Notes: generated by a model from the letters alone, not told the origin. DNA of 64,000 nucleotides from Dehalococcoidia bacterium (GCA_963665775.2 CAXXTF010000002.1:288001-352000), one strand, 5' to 3'. Shown: positions 11,293-21,934, numbered from the stretch's first letter. Program-made: numbers and translations.

Positions 11293-12728
11293 TCGGGGAT
11301 AGTGACGACCCAGTCGGGGGTGACCCACCGGTTTCTTCGGTTAATTCGGTTAATTCGCCGGTTGTGTTCCCCCGGGGGGGTGCGGCCCCGATACCCGTAC
11401 CGGCCTTTCCCCTGGACGTGTTGCCAGGTCCGATGCGCAAGCTGACGGAAGAGGGGGCTGCCACGTTGGGCGTGCCGCCGGACCTTATAGCGGTGCCTCA
11501 ACTTACGTTCGCCGGGGCAACTATTGGTAACACCTGCCGAATCCAGCTGAAGCCTGGCTTTGAGCAGTACCCCACTCTATATGCTGGGACGATAGCCCCA
11601 CCGGGGGCCACCAAGTCTCCGGCGCTCGACCTCGCCCGTTATCCGCTCGATGTACTCCAAAAGGAGGCCTTCAACAAGCAGGGGAAAAGCGCTCCGCCTA
11701 GCATCGATCCACCCACAGGTCACTCAAAGAGTAAGGAGCACTACTTCTCCACCGACGCCACCACTGAAGCGATAGCCGAGATGCTCACCTACTCGGCTGG
11801 GCTTGTCCTGATCCGAGATGAACTTGTCGGCTGGGTCAAGTTGTTCGATGCCTACCGCGCCGGTCGAGGCGGAGACAGGCAGAACTGGCTGTCACTTTGG
11901 TCAGCAGCGTCTTTGAAGGTGGATAGGAAGACCGCTGACCCGATCTACGTGCCCAATCCAGTGGTCTGCGTCTGCGGTGGTATTCAGCCGGATGTGCTGC
12001 CGCAGTTAGCCCAGGAGGCTGGGCGGAGAGATGGGTTTATCGAGCGTATCCTGTGGGCATATCCAGAGACGAAAACGTCCTTGTGGACGGAGAGCACCGT
12101 ACCTCAGGGGACTAAAGACGCGGCAGTAGAGCTCTTTCGTAAGCTCCGTCAGGATAACCAGCAGACGGTGACACTGAGCGCCCCAGCTACCGCCCTCTGG
12201 GTTCCCTGGTACAACAGCAACGCCAAGCTGGTCGAGGGCGCCGTCGGCCTCATCGCTGGCGTGTACGAAAAGCTGCCCAACCAAGCGGCACGGATCGCTC
12301 TCATTCTCCACTGTCTAAGCCACCCTAACTCGCCATCAGGGATGCCGGTGGACGCTACTACGATGTCTGCAGCCCTTGAACTGGCGGAGTACTTTCGCGG
12401 CCATGCCATCAAGACCATGCCCCACTTTGGCATCGCAGCGATCGCCCCGAGCGGCGGCCTTGCAGTCCGGGCCATAGCAGTGTTGCGGAAGGCCGCACCG
12501 ACCTGGGTAGACCGAACCCAGCTTCATATCCAGCTCGGCGGGCATGCTACTGCCGCAGACTTGGACCAGGCGGTCTCCGATCTAAAGAGCTTGGGGTTGG
12601 CGGAGGATCGCACGGTGTCGGCGGGACCGGCCGGTGGGCGCCCGTCGGAACAATGGCGGGCAAAACCCATAGGCGAAGAAACCGAAGATACCGAAGAAAC
12701 CACAAAACCCCAGGCGCAGGTGCCGTGA
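11289..12728 (+). CDS. DUF3987/YfjI-family protein (replication-associated P-loop)
   Basis: FPLDVLP, PPGATKSP, DATTEA, RDEL.GW, GGIQP, DGFIER motifs. Confidence 0.85.
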   Translation: MIGDSDDPVGGDPPVSSVNSVNSPVVFPRGGAAPIPVPAFPLDVLPGPMRKLTEEGAATLGVPPDLIAVPQLTFAGATIGNTCRIQLKPGFEQYPTLYAGTIAPPGATKSPALDLARYPLDVLQKEAFNKQGKSAPPSIDPPTGHSKSKEHYFSTDATTEAIAEMLTYSAGLVLIRDELVGWVKLFDAYRAGRGGDRQNWLSLWSAASLKVDRKTADPIYVPNPVVCVCGGIQPDVLPQLAQEAGRRDGFIERILWAYPETKTSLWTESTVPQGTKDAAVELFRKLRQDNQQTVTLSAPATALWVPWYNSNAKLVEGAVGLIAGVYEKLPNQAARIALILHCLSHPNSPSGMPVDATTMSAALELAEYFRGHAIKTMPHFGIAAIAPSGGLAVRAIAVLRKAAPTWVDRTQLHIQLGGHATAADLDQAVSDLKSLGLAEDRTVSAGPAGGRPSEQWRAKPIGEETEDTEETTKPQAQVP

Positions 12729-12959
12729 TGTTGGATCAGCTAGGGGTGATTTCTATATCCACCAGTTGGATGAAATGTGTTAACGGCTCAAGGGTGTGCA
12801 CAGTACCGTCCCGGCGCGAACGTTGGTACCCAGTCATGGTCGGTCCGGGCCTGGTATGGCGCCCGCGGGCGTCCACATTATCAACGCAATGCGGAGGGCC
12901 TCCCATCCATGTGCGGTAGGATTGTACAACAACAGTCGGAGGGAGAGGTGAACGAGGGA

Positions 12960-13097
12960 ATGTATGGGTACAAGATCATAAACGCCGTGACTCACCACGG
13001 GCTGGAGAAGGAGTTGAACAAGCAGGCGGCACAGGGCTGGCGGGTTGTGGCGGGTTGCCATCTCAACACGCTCGTCCTTGAGCGGGCGAAGTCGTAA
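12960..13097 (+). CDS. Small DUF4177-like protein
   Basis: YKII...LEKELNKQAAQGWRVV...LVLER. Confidence 0.55.
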   Translation: MYGYKIINAVTHHGLEKELNKQAAQGWRVVAGCHLNTLVLERAKS

Positions 13098-13133
13098 GCA
13101 AAGGACAATCGATTGCATCAAGTAGATAATTAC

Positions 13134-13635
13134 CTAGAGGTGGTCCAAGAGGCCGTGGACAGGACCGGCATGGACCAGATCCCGATAACAGACCGGACCA
13201 GGCTGCTGAGCGACAACGGCCCCGGCTATGTATCCAGAGCCTTCAGAGACTACCTGGGTATGGTGGGCATCAAGCACATCCTGGCAACGCCCTTCCATCC
13301 TCAGACCAACGGCAAGCTGGAGCGCTACCACCAGACCCTCAAGCGTGATGTGAACCAACTGCCGTATGAGATGCCTTCAGACTTGGAGGCGGCCATCGTG
13401 GCCTTCGTCAGCTACTACAACTACCGACGCTATCACAAGGCCCTCGGCAACGTGACGCCCTCGGATGTCCTCAAGGGAAGGCGGCAGGAGATCCTACTAA
13501 GAAGAAAGGAGGTGCAGGCCCAAACAATCGAACGGCGAAGACAGCACAATAGGGCCATCAGGGAGCTTACGAGACCTCTATCCGACCCCCGATCTCTCGG
13601 GTCTCAAAGTGTCCCAATTTTGCTGGTTGCCATCA
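13134..13635 (+). mobile_element. 3' fragment of an IS3/IS481-superfamily element with its right end
   Basis: LLSDNGPGY, PFHPQTNGKLERYH, YNYRRYHKALGNVTP; terminus-like ...GTCCCAATTTTGCTGGTTGCCATCA. Confidence 0.8.
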
Positions 13636-13728
13636 ATGCTGGCTGATAGAATAACAGCTACAGGGTCCAGGTACGTAATGAGCTTGCCACCAAAGGCGGC
13701 GCCGCCCATATGAAGGAGGGAGTACTGT

Positions 13729-14463
13729 ATGGCTACCCAGGACTGGGGTCGGCTGTCGAGCGAACTGTCGGATGCGCTTGGCATCGACGTTCCGCCCATC
13801 GCGATCACTTTTTTAAGCTATATTCCGGAGGAGATCGCTGCCTTTGACGCACCGATGCCGCCGCCCACGCCTGATGGCCGCACGGGACGTGTCCCCGCTG
13901 GATGCGTCTTTTGGATGCTGTCGACACACCGCACTTTCACGACCCTGCCCCAGGACCACTTTAACTGCAGTGTAGGCAGTCTGACACACGGGCTCAAGAA
14001 GCTGGAGGAGGTGGCGAGAAACAGCGACGTCGCCGAACTCCTAGACTGCGGCTGGGTAACTCTGGATGTCGTCCAGCAGATCCCAACCGTCAATGAGCGT
14101 CCCGCCTCCATTGTCTATGGGCCCCTTTCCCAGGCGACGCTTGAGCCCGATGTCGTGCTATTGCGCATCAGCGCCAGGCAGCTGATGGTGCTCTCAGAGG
14201 CGCTCCCCGATCTGCGCATTGAAGGGAAGCCTCAGTGCCACATCGTGGCGATCGCGAAGGACCAGGCGGAGGTGGTGGCTAGCGTGGGTTGCCAGCTGAG
14301 CCGTGTTCGAACGGGCATGTCCAACTCGGAGATGACATGCGCCATCCCGGCCAACCGCCTCGCCGAGATCGTCGACCGTCTACACGCCACCGCCAGGGCG
14401 GACAACGCCGTGGCTCGCTACGCCGCCGAAGATTCACGGCGCTTCTCTACTCTAGAACCTTGA
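13729..14463 (+). CDS. DUF169 family protein
   Basis: PIAITF, AGCVFW, CSVGS, YGPL...PDVV, GCQLSR; GGAGG RBS. Confidence 0.8.
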   Translation: MATQDWGRLSSELSDALGIDVPPIAITFLSYIPEEIAAFDAPMPPPTPDGRTGRVPAGCVFWMLSTHRTFTTLPQDHFNCSVGSLTHGLKKLEEVARNSDVAELLDCGWVTLDVVQQIPTVNERPASIVYGPLSQATLEPDVVLLRISARQLMVLSEALPDLRIEGKPQCHIVAIAKDQAEVVASVGCQLSRVRTGMSNSEMTCAIPANRLAEIVDRLHATARADNAVARYAAEDSRRFSTLEP

Positions 14464-14532
14464 CTGGTCCGCGGGCGCGATCAGAGCCAACTCATGTGTA
14501 GTGACACCTTCAGGCCAGTGGTAAAAACATAC

Positions 14533-15130
14533 GGGATAAGTAGTTAGGGGCTTGACAAATAGGGGCGGGTCGCGTAGAATCCTATCACAGTCAGATAGGA
14601 GCGACGCGGAAATGGACCTCATCAAAGTCTTCCAGCGATTCCCCGACCACGAGTCCTGCATCGAGCACCTAGAGCGTGTCCGCTGGGGCGACACGCCGGC
14701 CTGCCCGCGCTGCGGGGCCATCAATGTAGCCCGCAAGGCCGAGAACGACCGGATAGGACGCTGGAACTGCCACGAGTGCAAGTCCAGCTTCAATGTCCTG
14801 TCGGGGACCATCTTCCAGAAGACGAAGATTCCCCTTCAGAAGTGGTTCCTCGCGATCTCGCTGGTACTGAACGCCAAGAAGGGCCTATCGTCCTACCAGT
14901 TAGCCCGCGACCTTGAACTGAACCAGAAGAGCGCATGGTATCTAGTGATGCGGGTACGGCGGGCTATGGTGGACGAGGGAACACTGCTGACCGGCATCGT
15001 AGAGGCGGACGAAGCCTACATCGGCGGGAAGCCGCGCAAGCCCAACAAGCGGGAAGACGACAGGCGAGGACCGCGCGGGCGTGGGACAGACAAGCTCCCA
15101 ATCATCGGAGCGGTGGAACGCGGCGGCAAG
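14533..15130 (+). mobile_element. Truncated IS1595-family element (transposase from 14612)
   Basis: Zn ribbon CPRC...CHEC, GTIFQKTKIPL, VEADEAYIGGK; left end GGGATAAGTAGTTA; C-terminus lost. Confidence 0.85.
14552..14580 (+). promoter_or_regulatory. Sigma70-like promoter of the IS1595 transposase
   Basis: TTGACA-17 bp-TAGAAT. Confidence 0.7.
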
Positions 15131-15327
15131 CTGGGCTACCGTCTCCTGGCCCTTCACCGCCTCTAGGCCTGCCCCTGCGTAGGCAAAGAGATTTTGCCCT
15201 TGAAAGCCGAGCTGTGCTTCCTTCGTCCTTTCGACATTTCCCAGTTCTTCCCGACAGCATCAGCGGCCCTTAGTTTAGGGGCAGGATTCTCTGTTAACTA
15301 CTTGTCTGCAATTTTGGCTCCCCCTCA
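15122..15327 (-). mobile_element. IS3-family left end plus degraded orfA
   Basis: TGAGGGGGAGCCAAAATTGCAGACA end; MSKGRRKHSSAFKGKI...LEAVKGQETVAQLAA. Confidence 0.75.
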
Positions 15328-15335
15328 GCCGGCTG

Positions 15336-16838
15336 CTATCCCGTTTCCTGATCCTGGTCCTGATCCCTGCGAGAGACAGTAACCTTGGGAGTCGGTAGAT
15401 CAAAATGAAACCTTACCGTGCCACCTGGCACCTCGTGATCACGGTTTAAGGGACGGGCTTTGGATTTATACTCGACCCCAGAAATGCTGAGAACCTTCAG
15501 ACTTTGCAGGTCGAGTCTAAGTATGCTGTCCCCGTGATTGCCTTGGGTTTCTGGGTCAACGGTCGTAGGATCTTCAACACTCGGTTCAGTTTCCGTAGGT
15601 GCTCTCTGGGGTTCAGTTTGGACGAGTGAATCCTTGTTCGATTCGGTTCCTGGCTGTGGAATACCCGGCCGTGGCGGTATCCTGACTCGAAGACTGGGAC
15701 CGGGTCCATCAGCCTCAACACTATGGGCACCGTTAAACAGTACTATGTTGTGTCCGCCCCCTCCGGTCTGGGCAGAACTGAAGATGATCCCATGGAGGCG
15801 AGGTTCGACCCGGTTGGCCAGATACTCGGACACAATCTGGGTTGCGATATATTCTCGAGCCTCCTCATGTGGCATGACAGGCCTGCTTATTTCTCCAACC
15901 AATTCCTTTAGGAACCTCTCTCGGCTTCGTTTTTCAATGTAATTGGGGTCAAAGTGACTGAAGTTGGAATACACGATCGACAGTGCTTCAAGATCGAGGA
16001 CGCGGATCGGGTTCAACAGGTCGAACTTCACAAGGACCACGAAGCTCCCCACAGGGGCACGAACCTCCGATACGCACGTGTCCTCTTCTAGGGCACCGTA
16101 GAAGACTGGAATACCCTCAGCGTTCATTCGGCCAGCGGCAGCCTTTTCCGAAGGGGGAGGACCGAGTTGACTACTCAAGGATTCGAGTATGGACCTAATT
16201 TCAGGCTCCGAATGGGCTGTCCGAGCTCGCCAGAAAGAGCTATCCTTGTCGCCCGGCGTTATTTCACGAACAACTGATTTGCCCCGGACGGTTTCGAGGG
16301 AAGCCAGGTTTTCGAAAATCCTGTCTAATGTGGCCGCAGGGGTGGCCCCGAAAAACCGGGCACGGGAACGAATTTCTTCCTTGAAGTCCCACCAAGCTGA
16401 GTGGAGGCCTGAGGTTGACACCTCAGGTTCTACATACAACATCCCACCGCTGGAGGGGTTGTCCTTGCCTTCCACGACATCTACCGTCTGAGCACACCTG
16501 TTGAACAAATGCTCCCTCACGTCCGCCGCGATACATTGTTCAATGCGAGCAACATCTTTTATAATGGTTTCAGCGTTGTCCGAGGCTTGCCTACATTGCT
16601 CCGTGAGGTCGTCCCGCGGGCGGAGTTCGAAATGCTCTTCCAGCACGCGACGGATGCGGTCGGACAGATCTTCTAGGGTTAATGTAGTCTTCGTCCCACG
16701 GCAATAGGTGCACTCCTCTCGGGTACCTTCTTTCTCCACCTGCTCGGCTAGAAACTTGTCGCCTATGCAGGCATGGCATACATACTGAGGCCTTTTAGGC
16801 TTCAAAGCGCTATCTCCAGTGGTTGTTGGCATATACAT
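15336..16838 (-). CDS. RES domain protein with N-terminal Cys-rich domain
   Basis: WRAR, GRMNAEGIPVFYGA, SEVR, YIATQ, GIIFSS, NIVLF; N-terminal CxxC pairs. Confidence 0.85.
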   Translation of the reverse strand: MYMPTTTGDSALKPKRPQYVCHACIGDKFLAEQVEKEGTREECTYCRGTKTTLTLEDLSDRIRRVLEEHFELRPRDDLTEQCRQASDNAETIIKDVARIEQCIAADVREHLFNRCAQTVDVVEGKDNPSSGGMLYVEPEVSTSGLHSAWWDFKEEIRSRARFFGATPAATLDRIFENLASLETVRGKSVVREITPGDKDSSFWRARTAHSEPEIRSILESLSSQLGPPPSEKAAAGRMNAEGIPVFYGALEEDTCVSEVRAPVGSFVVLVKFDLLNPIRVLDLEALSIVYSNFSHFDPNYIEKRSRERFLKELVGEISRPVMPHEEAREYIATQIVSEYLANRVEPRLHGIIFSSAQTGGGGHNIVLFNGAHSVEADGPGPSLRVRIPPRPGIPQPGTESNKDSLVQTEPQRAPTETEPSVEDPTTVDPETQGNHGDSILRLDLQSLKVLSISGVEYKSKARPLNRDHEVPGGTVRFHFDLPTPKVTVSRRDQDQDQETG

Positions 16839-17051
16839 CTACCATCAGGCATCCATTCGGTATCAGCCCAAGTCAGCTCGGCAGCTTCCTAAAGGCGAAG
16901 CAGGTCGTCCCGCATCACCGAGAGTAGCGCAACGCCCACCCTTGCCCGGGCTGCCGCCTACTGGAGATTCCCTGTGTCCGGATGGGCCGATTCGGGGAGC
17001 CGTGGCCGATGCCTTGATTGCCGCCAAGCTTTCACCGGGGTTTGAGTAGAG

Positions 17052-17166
17052 TGACCTGCCCCTATAAACGCTACCACAGGCTATGTTAGTGTGGCCATCG
17101 CCGTAGTCTCCAGGGATGGCGCGGTGGAGCCCGGCCATGGCACGATCGCTTGCGGTGCTGGCGGCC
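17052..17166 (-). mobile_element. IS3-family (IS407-like) right-end remnant
   Basis: Reverse strand ...CCACACTAACATAGCCTGTGGTAGCGTTTATAGGGGCAGGTCA; close copy at 34400-34515. Confidence 0.75.
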
Positions 17167-17358
17167 AGGAGGCTGGCCAGGGCTCGGTGGACGGTCGCGT
17201 GAGGCTCTCCCAGGATGCCTGCCAGCTCTGCGGAGTCGATGAACGGCATCCGGCTGAGGGAGTCGAGCAGTTGTCGGTCGGCGAGTGCCATATGTTGACC
17301 CTGGCAGAGTGCTGGCCGCGGCCACGCCCATCCTGTCAGAGCAAGCAAGACTCACCAT
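17160..17358 (-). pseudogene. N-terminal HTH fragment (possibly replication-relaxation family), truncated
   Basis: LLDSLSRMPFIDSAELAGILGEPHATVHRALASLL, cut by the IS remnant. Confidence 0.5.
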
Positions 17359-17364
17359 GAGATA

Positions 17365-17817
17365 CTAGCGGCGCGGATGTAACCGGAGCCATTCAACGGA
17401 CGCAAGTTGATTGAAAATCCCATCATACCCGTTGTCGTTGGGGACCCAACTCGGATAAAGCTCGACCGCATTGAACACCTGTTTGACCTGCTGGATTTCG
17501 TCGAAACTCAGGCGGCTCGATTGGCCTAACAGAATTTGCTGAATCTGTTGGTGAAACCACTGAAACTGAGCCTTCCGCACCTCATCTCTTGGGAATTTTC
17601 GGCCAATCGGATGGTCGGTAAGGTCTAGGTCGGAAGCACTGTAGATCATATCTCTCGACTGTTTAATCGTCTTGGCAAGATGCCGGATCTGCTCCCATCT
17701 TTCGTGGCTACCCTGGATCACGCTTTTCATCCAATGGAGCAGGCCCAATATGAGACCGGAGATTAGACCCGCCGAAGCCCCGATCGTTATGCCCTCCAAT
17801 AGCGTATCAATGGTCAA
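17365..17817 (-). CDS. Hypothetical membrane-anchored protein
   Basis: N-terminal TM segment, GGAGG RBS, lower GC. Confidence 0.6.
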   Translation of the reverse strand: MTIDTLLEGITIGASAGLISGLILGLLHWMKSVIQGSHERWEQIRHLAKTIKQSRDMIYSASDLDLTDHPIGRKFPRDEVRKAQFQWFHQQIQQILLGQSSRLSFDEIQQVKQVFNAVELYPSWVPNDNGYDGIFNQLASVEWLRLHPRR

Positions 17818-17875
17818 TCTGGCCTCCTTCCGTTACATGGCAGCGTGGTTGTGTGGGGAAGTACTAGCCCTGCGG

Positions 17876-19037
17876 TTAGATTGCAAGCTGAGCATCCCTC
17901 GGCCTCGCCTTGCCGCCATGCACCGACGGCTCAGCGCACCATTTGGCGGCCAAGCGGCGCACGGCTTCGTAGGTCTCCTCGTCGAAACCCAGGAGCTCGC
18001 GGACCACTCTTCGGTCCAGAAGAGCACGGTTGGGGTCGGTGTCCGCGAGGTATGCGGGCTTCAACTCCTTGTCCCGAAACTCGTCGAATATCATCTCCGC
18101 CATCACCAACTGCTCATCGCTCAGGGCACGGAAGTCCAGTACTGGGAGGGATTCGGCGGCGCGACTTGTAGTGGTCCCACGACCGGCATATTGTCTGTTG
18201 GAATGCCACCAGTGCATTAGTAATCCCAACGTGCTGTTGCTCCAGATAGAGAGCACAAGATCAAACCTCCTGTCCTCGAATTTCACAGTTGGCCACGCCC
18301 GACCACCGATACTCTCTCGCTCGGTGAAAGCCACTCCCAATGGTTGAGAGTTGAACCTGAAATCCAGATTGAGATGGGACCGACTGGAGGTTTCCCAAAG
18401 TGTTTGGGCTTTCGCTTCCATTCCCTGTCGGGTGACGAGTTGTGAATCAACCTCGCAAACCATCCGGGTTTCGTTCTTGGCGTTATGGCTCCATAGTGCT
18501 AGATACGTGGCTGTCGGGCTCGGTGCTGCCTGGTCGAAAGGGCCGCGGGGTCGTGGTCCCGTGATGTCTCGGTGATGCAGACCGGTTCGCGCGAAGTTGC
18601 CCAGCAATGTCATATTGATCCCGAAAGTAGAAGCATGACCAGGAAGCGATAGCTTCGCATCAGAGAGAGCGAATGCAGTTTGAGCAAGGGAAGCATCAGA
18701 TAACCGCACTGCACCACACGGGTCCCCGCTTTGCGGGAATGGGGCAGAGATAACCTCTCCTATCTTTTCCTCCCCGCTTATCAAGGGAGTCGCCCCATAG
18801 GGGCCATCTTCAATCCGCCTCACCGAGCCTAATGTGGCCATGGTCCTAGACACTTCGCTCGCTTGGATGAAGCCCGATGGCCGACGACTTAGAGACGCCA
18901 ATTGAACTCGCCGGTCTGGTGACTCGGAGGGTCTACACTTCCGGGCTATGATCAGGCACTCCGCCATGCCCGTATCCGCCGAGAACGCCAGATGGTCGTT
19001 TTCCGAAGCCGCGATGCTGACCACAGTAAGGTCGATA
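17876..19037 (-). pseudogene. C-terminal part of a large restriction-modification/DNA methyltransferase protein, 5' end removed at the IS3 boundary
   Basis: AFSADTGMAECLIIARK, WSNSTLGLL, LPVLDFRAL, WCAEPSVHGGK; the frame runs into the IS end. Confidence 0.6.
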
Positions 19038-20336
19038 TAGAGAAGTGGCTCCGGAAATCTGAACCGGGGGATAAGTGGGATCGCTGCCTGATTGAGGGCA
19101 TGATAGTGCTCTCGGAGACAGGAGCGAGAGATGAGCAGACGACCCCGCCGTAACCACTCGGCAGAGTTCAAGGCGAAGGTGGCTCTTGCCGCAGTGCGCG
19201 GCGACCGGACACTTTCGGAGCTGGCAAGCCAGTTCGATGTGCACCCGAACCAGATCACGCAATGGAAGACCCAGTTGCTGGATCGGGCGGCGCAGTTATT
19301 TGGCGCCGGGATAGGGCAGGCTGAAAAGCCGGTAGATATGAAGGTCCTTCACGCTAAGATCGGTGAGCTTGCGTTGGAGAACGATTTTTTAGAGGCCGCG
19401 CTCACGAAGGCGGGATTGCCGGGCGCAAGGCGATGATCGACCGCGATCACAAGCTGCCTCTCGCCCGCCAGGCAAAGGCAGTGGGCATCAGCCGCGGGAG
19501 CATCTACTACCGGCCGCGGCCGGTGGGCGAAGCCGGTCTCGGACTGATGCGCCGCATCGATGAGCTGCACCTTGAGTATCCGTTTGCAGGCAGTAGGATG
19601 ATGCGAGGCCTGCTCCGCCAGGAGGGACTCTCCTCCGGGCGTAGACACATCGCCACACTGATGCGGCGGATGGGCATCGAGGCGCTGTACCGCGCTGTAC
19701 CGCAAGCCCAACACCAGCCGGCGACGCCCCGGCCATACTGTGTATCCGTACCTGCTGCGCGGACTTGAGGTGAGCAGGCCCAACCAGGTGTGGGCAATGG
19801 ACATCACGTACATTCCGATGGCCAGGGGGTTCGTGTACCTAGCCGCAGTGATGGACTGGCATAGCCGCAAGGTGCTGGCCTGGCGGGTATCGGTCACAAT
19901 AGACACAGGCTTCTGCGTGGAGGCGCTCGAAGAATCCCTGGGACGCCACGGCGCGCCGGAGATATTCAACACAGATCAGGGAAGCCAGTTCACAAGTGAC
20001 GCCTTCACCGGCCTGCTGAAAGCCAATGGGATCCAGATCAGCATGGACGGGAGGGGAGGCTGGAAGGATAATGTGTTCGTCGAACGGCTGTGGAAGAGCG
20101 TCAAGTACGAGGAGGTGTACCTGAGAGCCTACGAATCGGTCCCGGAAGCCAGAACTGGACTCGGGCGGTACTTCGAGTTTTACAATGCCGGACGGCCCCA
20201 TTCGAGCCTTGGGGGAATGACGCCGGACCAGTTCTTTGACAGAGTGCCTGCCGAGTCCGAGGCGGCCTAACGCACGGCAGCGCGATTCCACTTATCAAAC
20301 CGGGCAGCGCTGTTCAGACAAACGAGACCACCTCTA
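19038..20336 (+). mobile_element. IS3-family element (orfA 19131-19436; orfB 19433-20270, frameshifted)
   Basis: RRNHSAEFKAKVAL; WAMDITY, NTDQGSQF, VERLW; imperfect terminal IRs; 10-bp duplication 19682-19701; no TSD seen. Confidence 0.92.
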
Positions 20337-20674
20337 ACAGTATATCTGAAGGAGAAGAGAGCCACCCTTCCAGCAACGCAACATCCAACCCCAAGGCCTC
20401 AGCATGACGACTCATTGTCATATCTTCCTCCAAATGATTGCCTGCAGCGACGTGCCGCGTTGTATCTAATCTATCGGCATATGCCCTATGCCGCAAACGA
20501 TTGATCCGGGGTCTGTTAGCCCGACTCAGACGGTCATCAAGCTTCTTCGTCCGCTGCCTTAATCGAATCCCTTCCTCGGTTTCATTCCCACCAATAGGGA
20601 CCTCTATGCTTTCGTTTCGGAACAGACGATACCGACCCCAGGCCGACGCCGAAGATGGTTTCTTGGGCCTGATT
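20337..20674 (-). pseudogene. Internal fragment of an unidentified gene
   Basis: About 110 open codons (RIRPKKPSSASAWGRYRLFRNE...) with no start, lower GC, between the IS3 end and the ABC permease. Confidence 0.4.
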
Positions 20675-21454
20675 CTAGCCTGTCAGCCATAACGTTCCGT
20701 TTCGCTTCGACTGTGCCTCAATAAGGCGAAAGATTAGGGCTCCGATGGCTGCATAGGACAGTCCGACTGCGAGCTCCATTAGAAGATCATCTCCCACGCT
20801 TCTGACATTTGCCCCCTGAATGGATTCTCGCAGTGCCGCTAGGCCGTGCGTGAGGGGCAAGGCGTGCCCGGACTCGCTCAATATCCCCGGCAGTTCGTCC
20901 CTGGGAATGACTACGCCTGTGAGCACCAGAGTCAGCCCAAGGCTGATTCCGAGCGAGTTGTTCCAGTTCCTAAACATCACCGCGAACATACTTACGAAGA
21001 GTGCGAAGCCGGTGCTGGCCACTCCTATCAGTAGGATCGAGCTTGACATGGCGAGCCAATCCGGAGACATATCCAGGTCGAGCAGGAGCCAGGCGACCAG
21101 CAGGCTCGTGGCCACGCTCATGAGTCCATTGGGCAGATGCAGCGCGCCCCTGCTGAAGAAGTTTGTCGTGCGGTTGACGGCGGAACCGAATAAAAAGGGC
21201 AGGGTGCCGAAGGCTCGATCATAGAAGAAGGACTGGGTGACCCCGGCGAGTATGATCGAGACGATTGAGTAGGCGGCCATCCCAACCATGTACTCCTGCG
21301 CCTCAGCGGAGCTGCGTGTGAACCTCCCAAGAATAGCGAACATCACGACGAACAGCACGGGTCGAAGAAAGACGTTGGAGATGTAAGCGGGCCAGCTCAG
21401 CCACGTGAAGAGGCCCTTATAACAGTAGTAGGCTTGAGCCAGGTAACTCGTCAT
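20675..21454 (-). CDS. ABC-2 type transporter permease
   Basis: Six TM segments, DRAFGTL, LPLTHGL. Confidence 0.85.
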   Translation of the reverse strand: MTSYLAQAYYCYKGLFTWLSWPAYISNVFLRPVLFVVMFAILGRFTRSSAEAQEYMVGMAAYSIVSIILAGVTQSFFYDRAFGTLPFLFGSAVNRTTNFFSRGALHLPNGLMSVATSLLVAWLLLDLDMSPDWLAMSSSILLIGVASTGFALFVSMFAVMFRNWNNSLGISLGLTLVLTGVVIPRDELPGILSESGHALPLTHGLAALRESIQGANVRSVGDDLLMELAVGLSYAAIGALIFRLIEAQSKRNGTLWLTG

Positions 21455-21466
21455 CAGAATAAGACA

Positions 21467-21792
21467 TCAATAGGTGCTGAGGATTCCGGTGACCCGAACC
21501 CGCTCCTCAACCTTCCTGAACATGAGATAGATCAGCATCAGATAAGCTCCTGTTAGGGCAAGCCCAGCACCCCAATCCCCGATTATGCGGAGTGTGTCTC
21601 CACCTTCTACCGAGCGGATGGCGGCGTCCATCGCCCATGAGGTGGGCAGAAACCGGCCGACTATCTCAAGGCCATCAGGCAGACGGGTGATCGGGTAGAG
21701 AAACCCGCTAAAGGTCACCCCAAAAGGCGTAATGGCGTTGAAGAAGCCGGACCTCCCACCTACCAAGACCATAAGGGGCGCGAACATGAAAC
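21467..21792 (-). pseudogene. ABC-2 permease C-terminal fragment
   Basis: FSGFLYPITRLP...LPTSWA; 5' part cut at the IS6-like IR. Confidence 0.75.
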
Positions 21793-21934
21793 GGATCTGT
21801 CAGATTTCGGGGTCCAGGCGTGGCCGGGACCGTAATCTTGGCCTCACGACGCCTGCCTTCAGATTCGGAGCGGGTCGGTTTCTCGCCCTCCAGCATGCCA
21901 CGATAGGGCTCAAGCCCTGAGATCTGACAGAACC
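21793..21934. mobile_element. 142-bp miniature IS6 derivative (MITE-like)
   Basis: GGATCTGTCAGATTTCGGGG ... GCCCTGAGATCTGACAGAACC match the IRs of the IS6 copies in this window. Confidence 0.7.

Larger units (their letters stand above)
8730..12728. mobile_element. Core of an integrative element at tRNA-Trp (integrase, accessory gene, excisionase, DUF3987)
   Basis: Integrase next to the tRNA 3' end with a divergent excisionase and DUF3987 gene; right boundary not found. Confidence 0.75.

Noticed and set aside
17354-17371. CACCAT-gagata-CTAGCG as another palindromic site
   Set aside because: Three mismatches to the consensus, and explained by adjacent start and stop codons.
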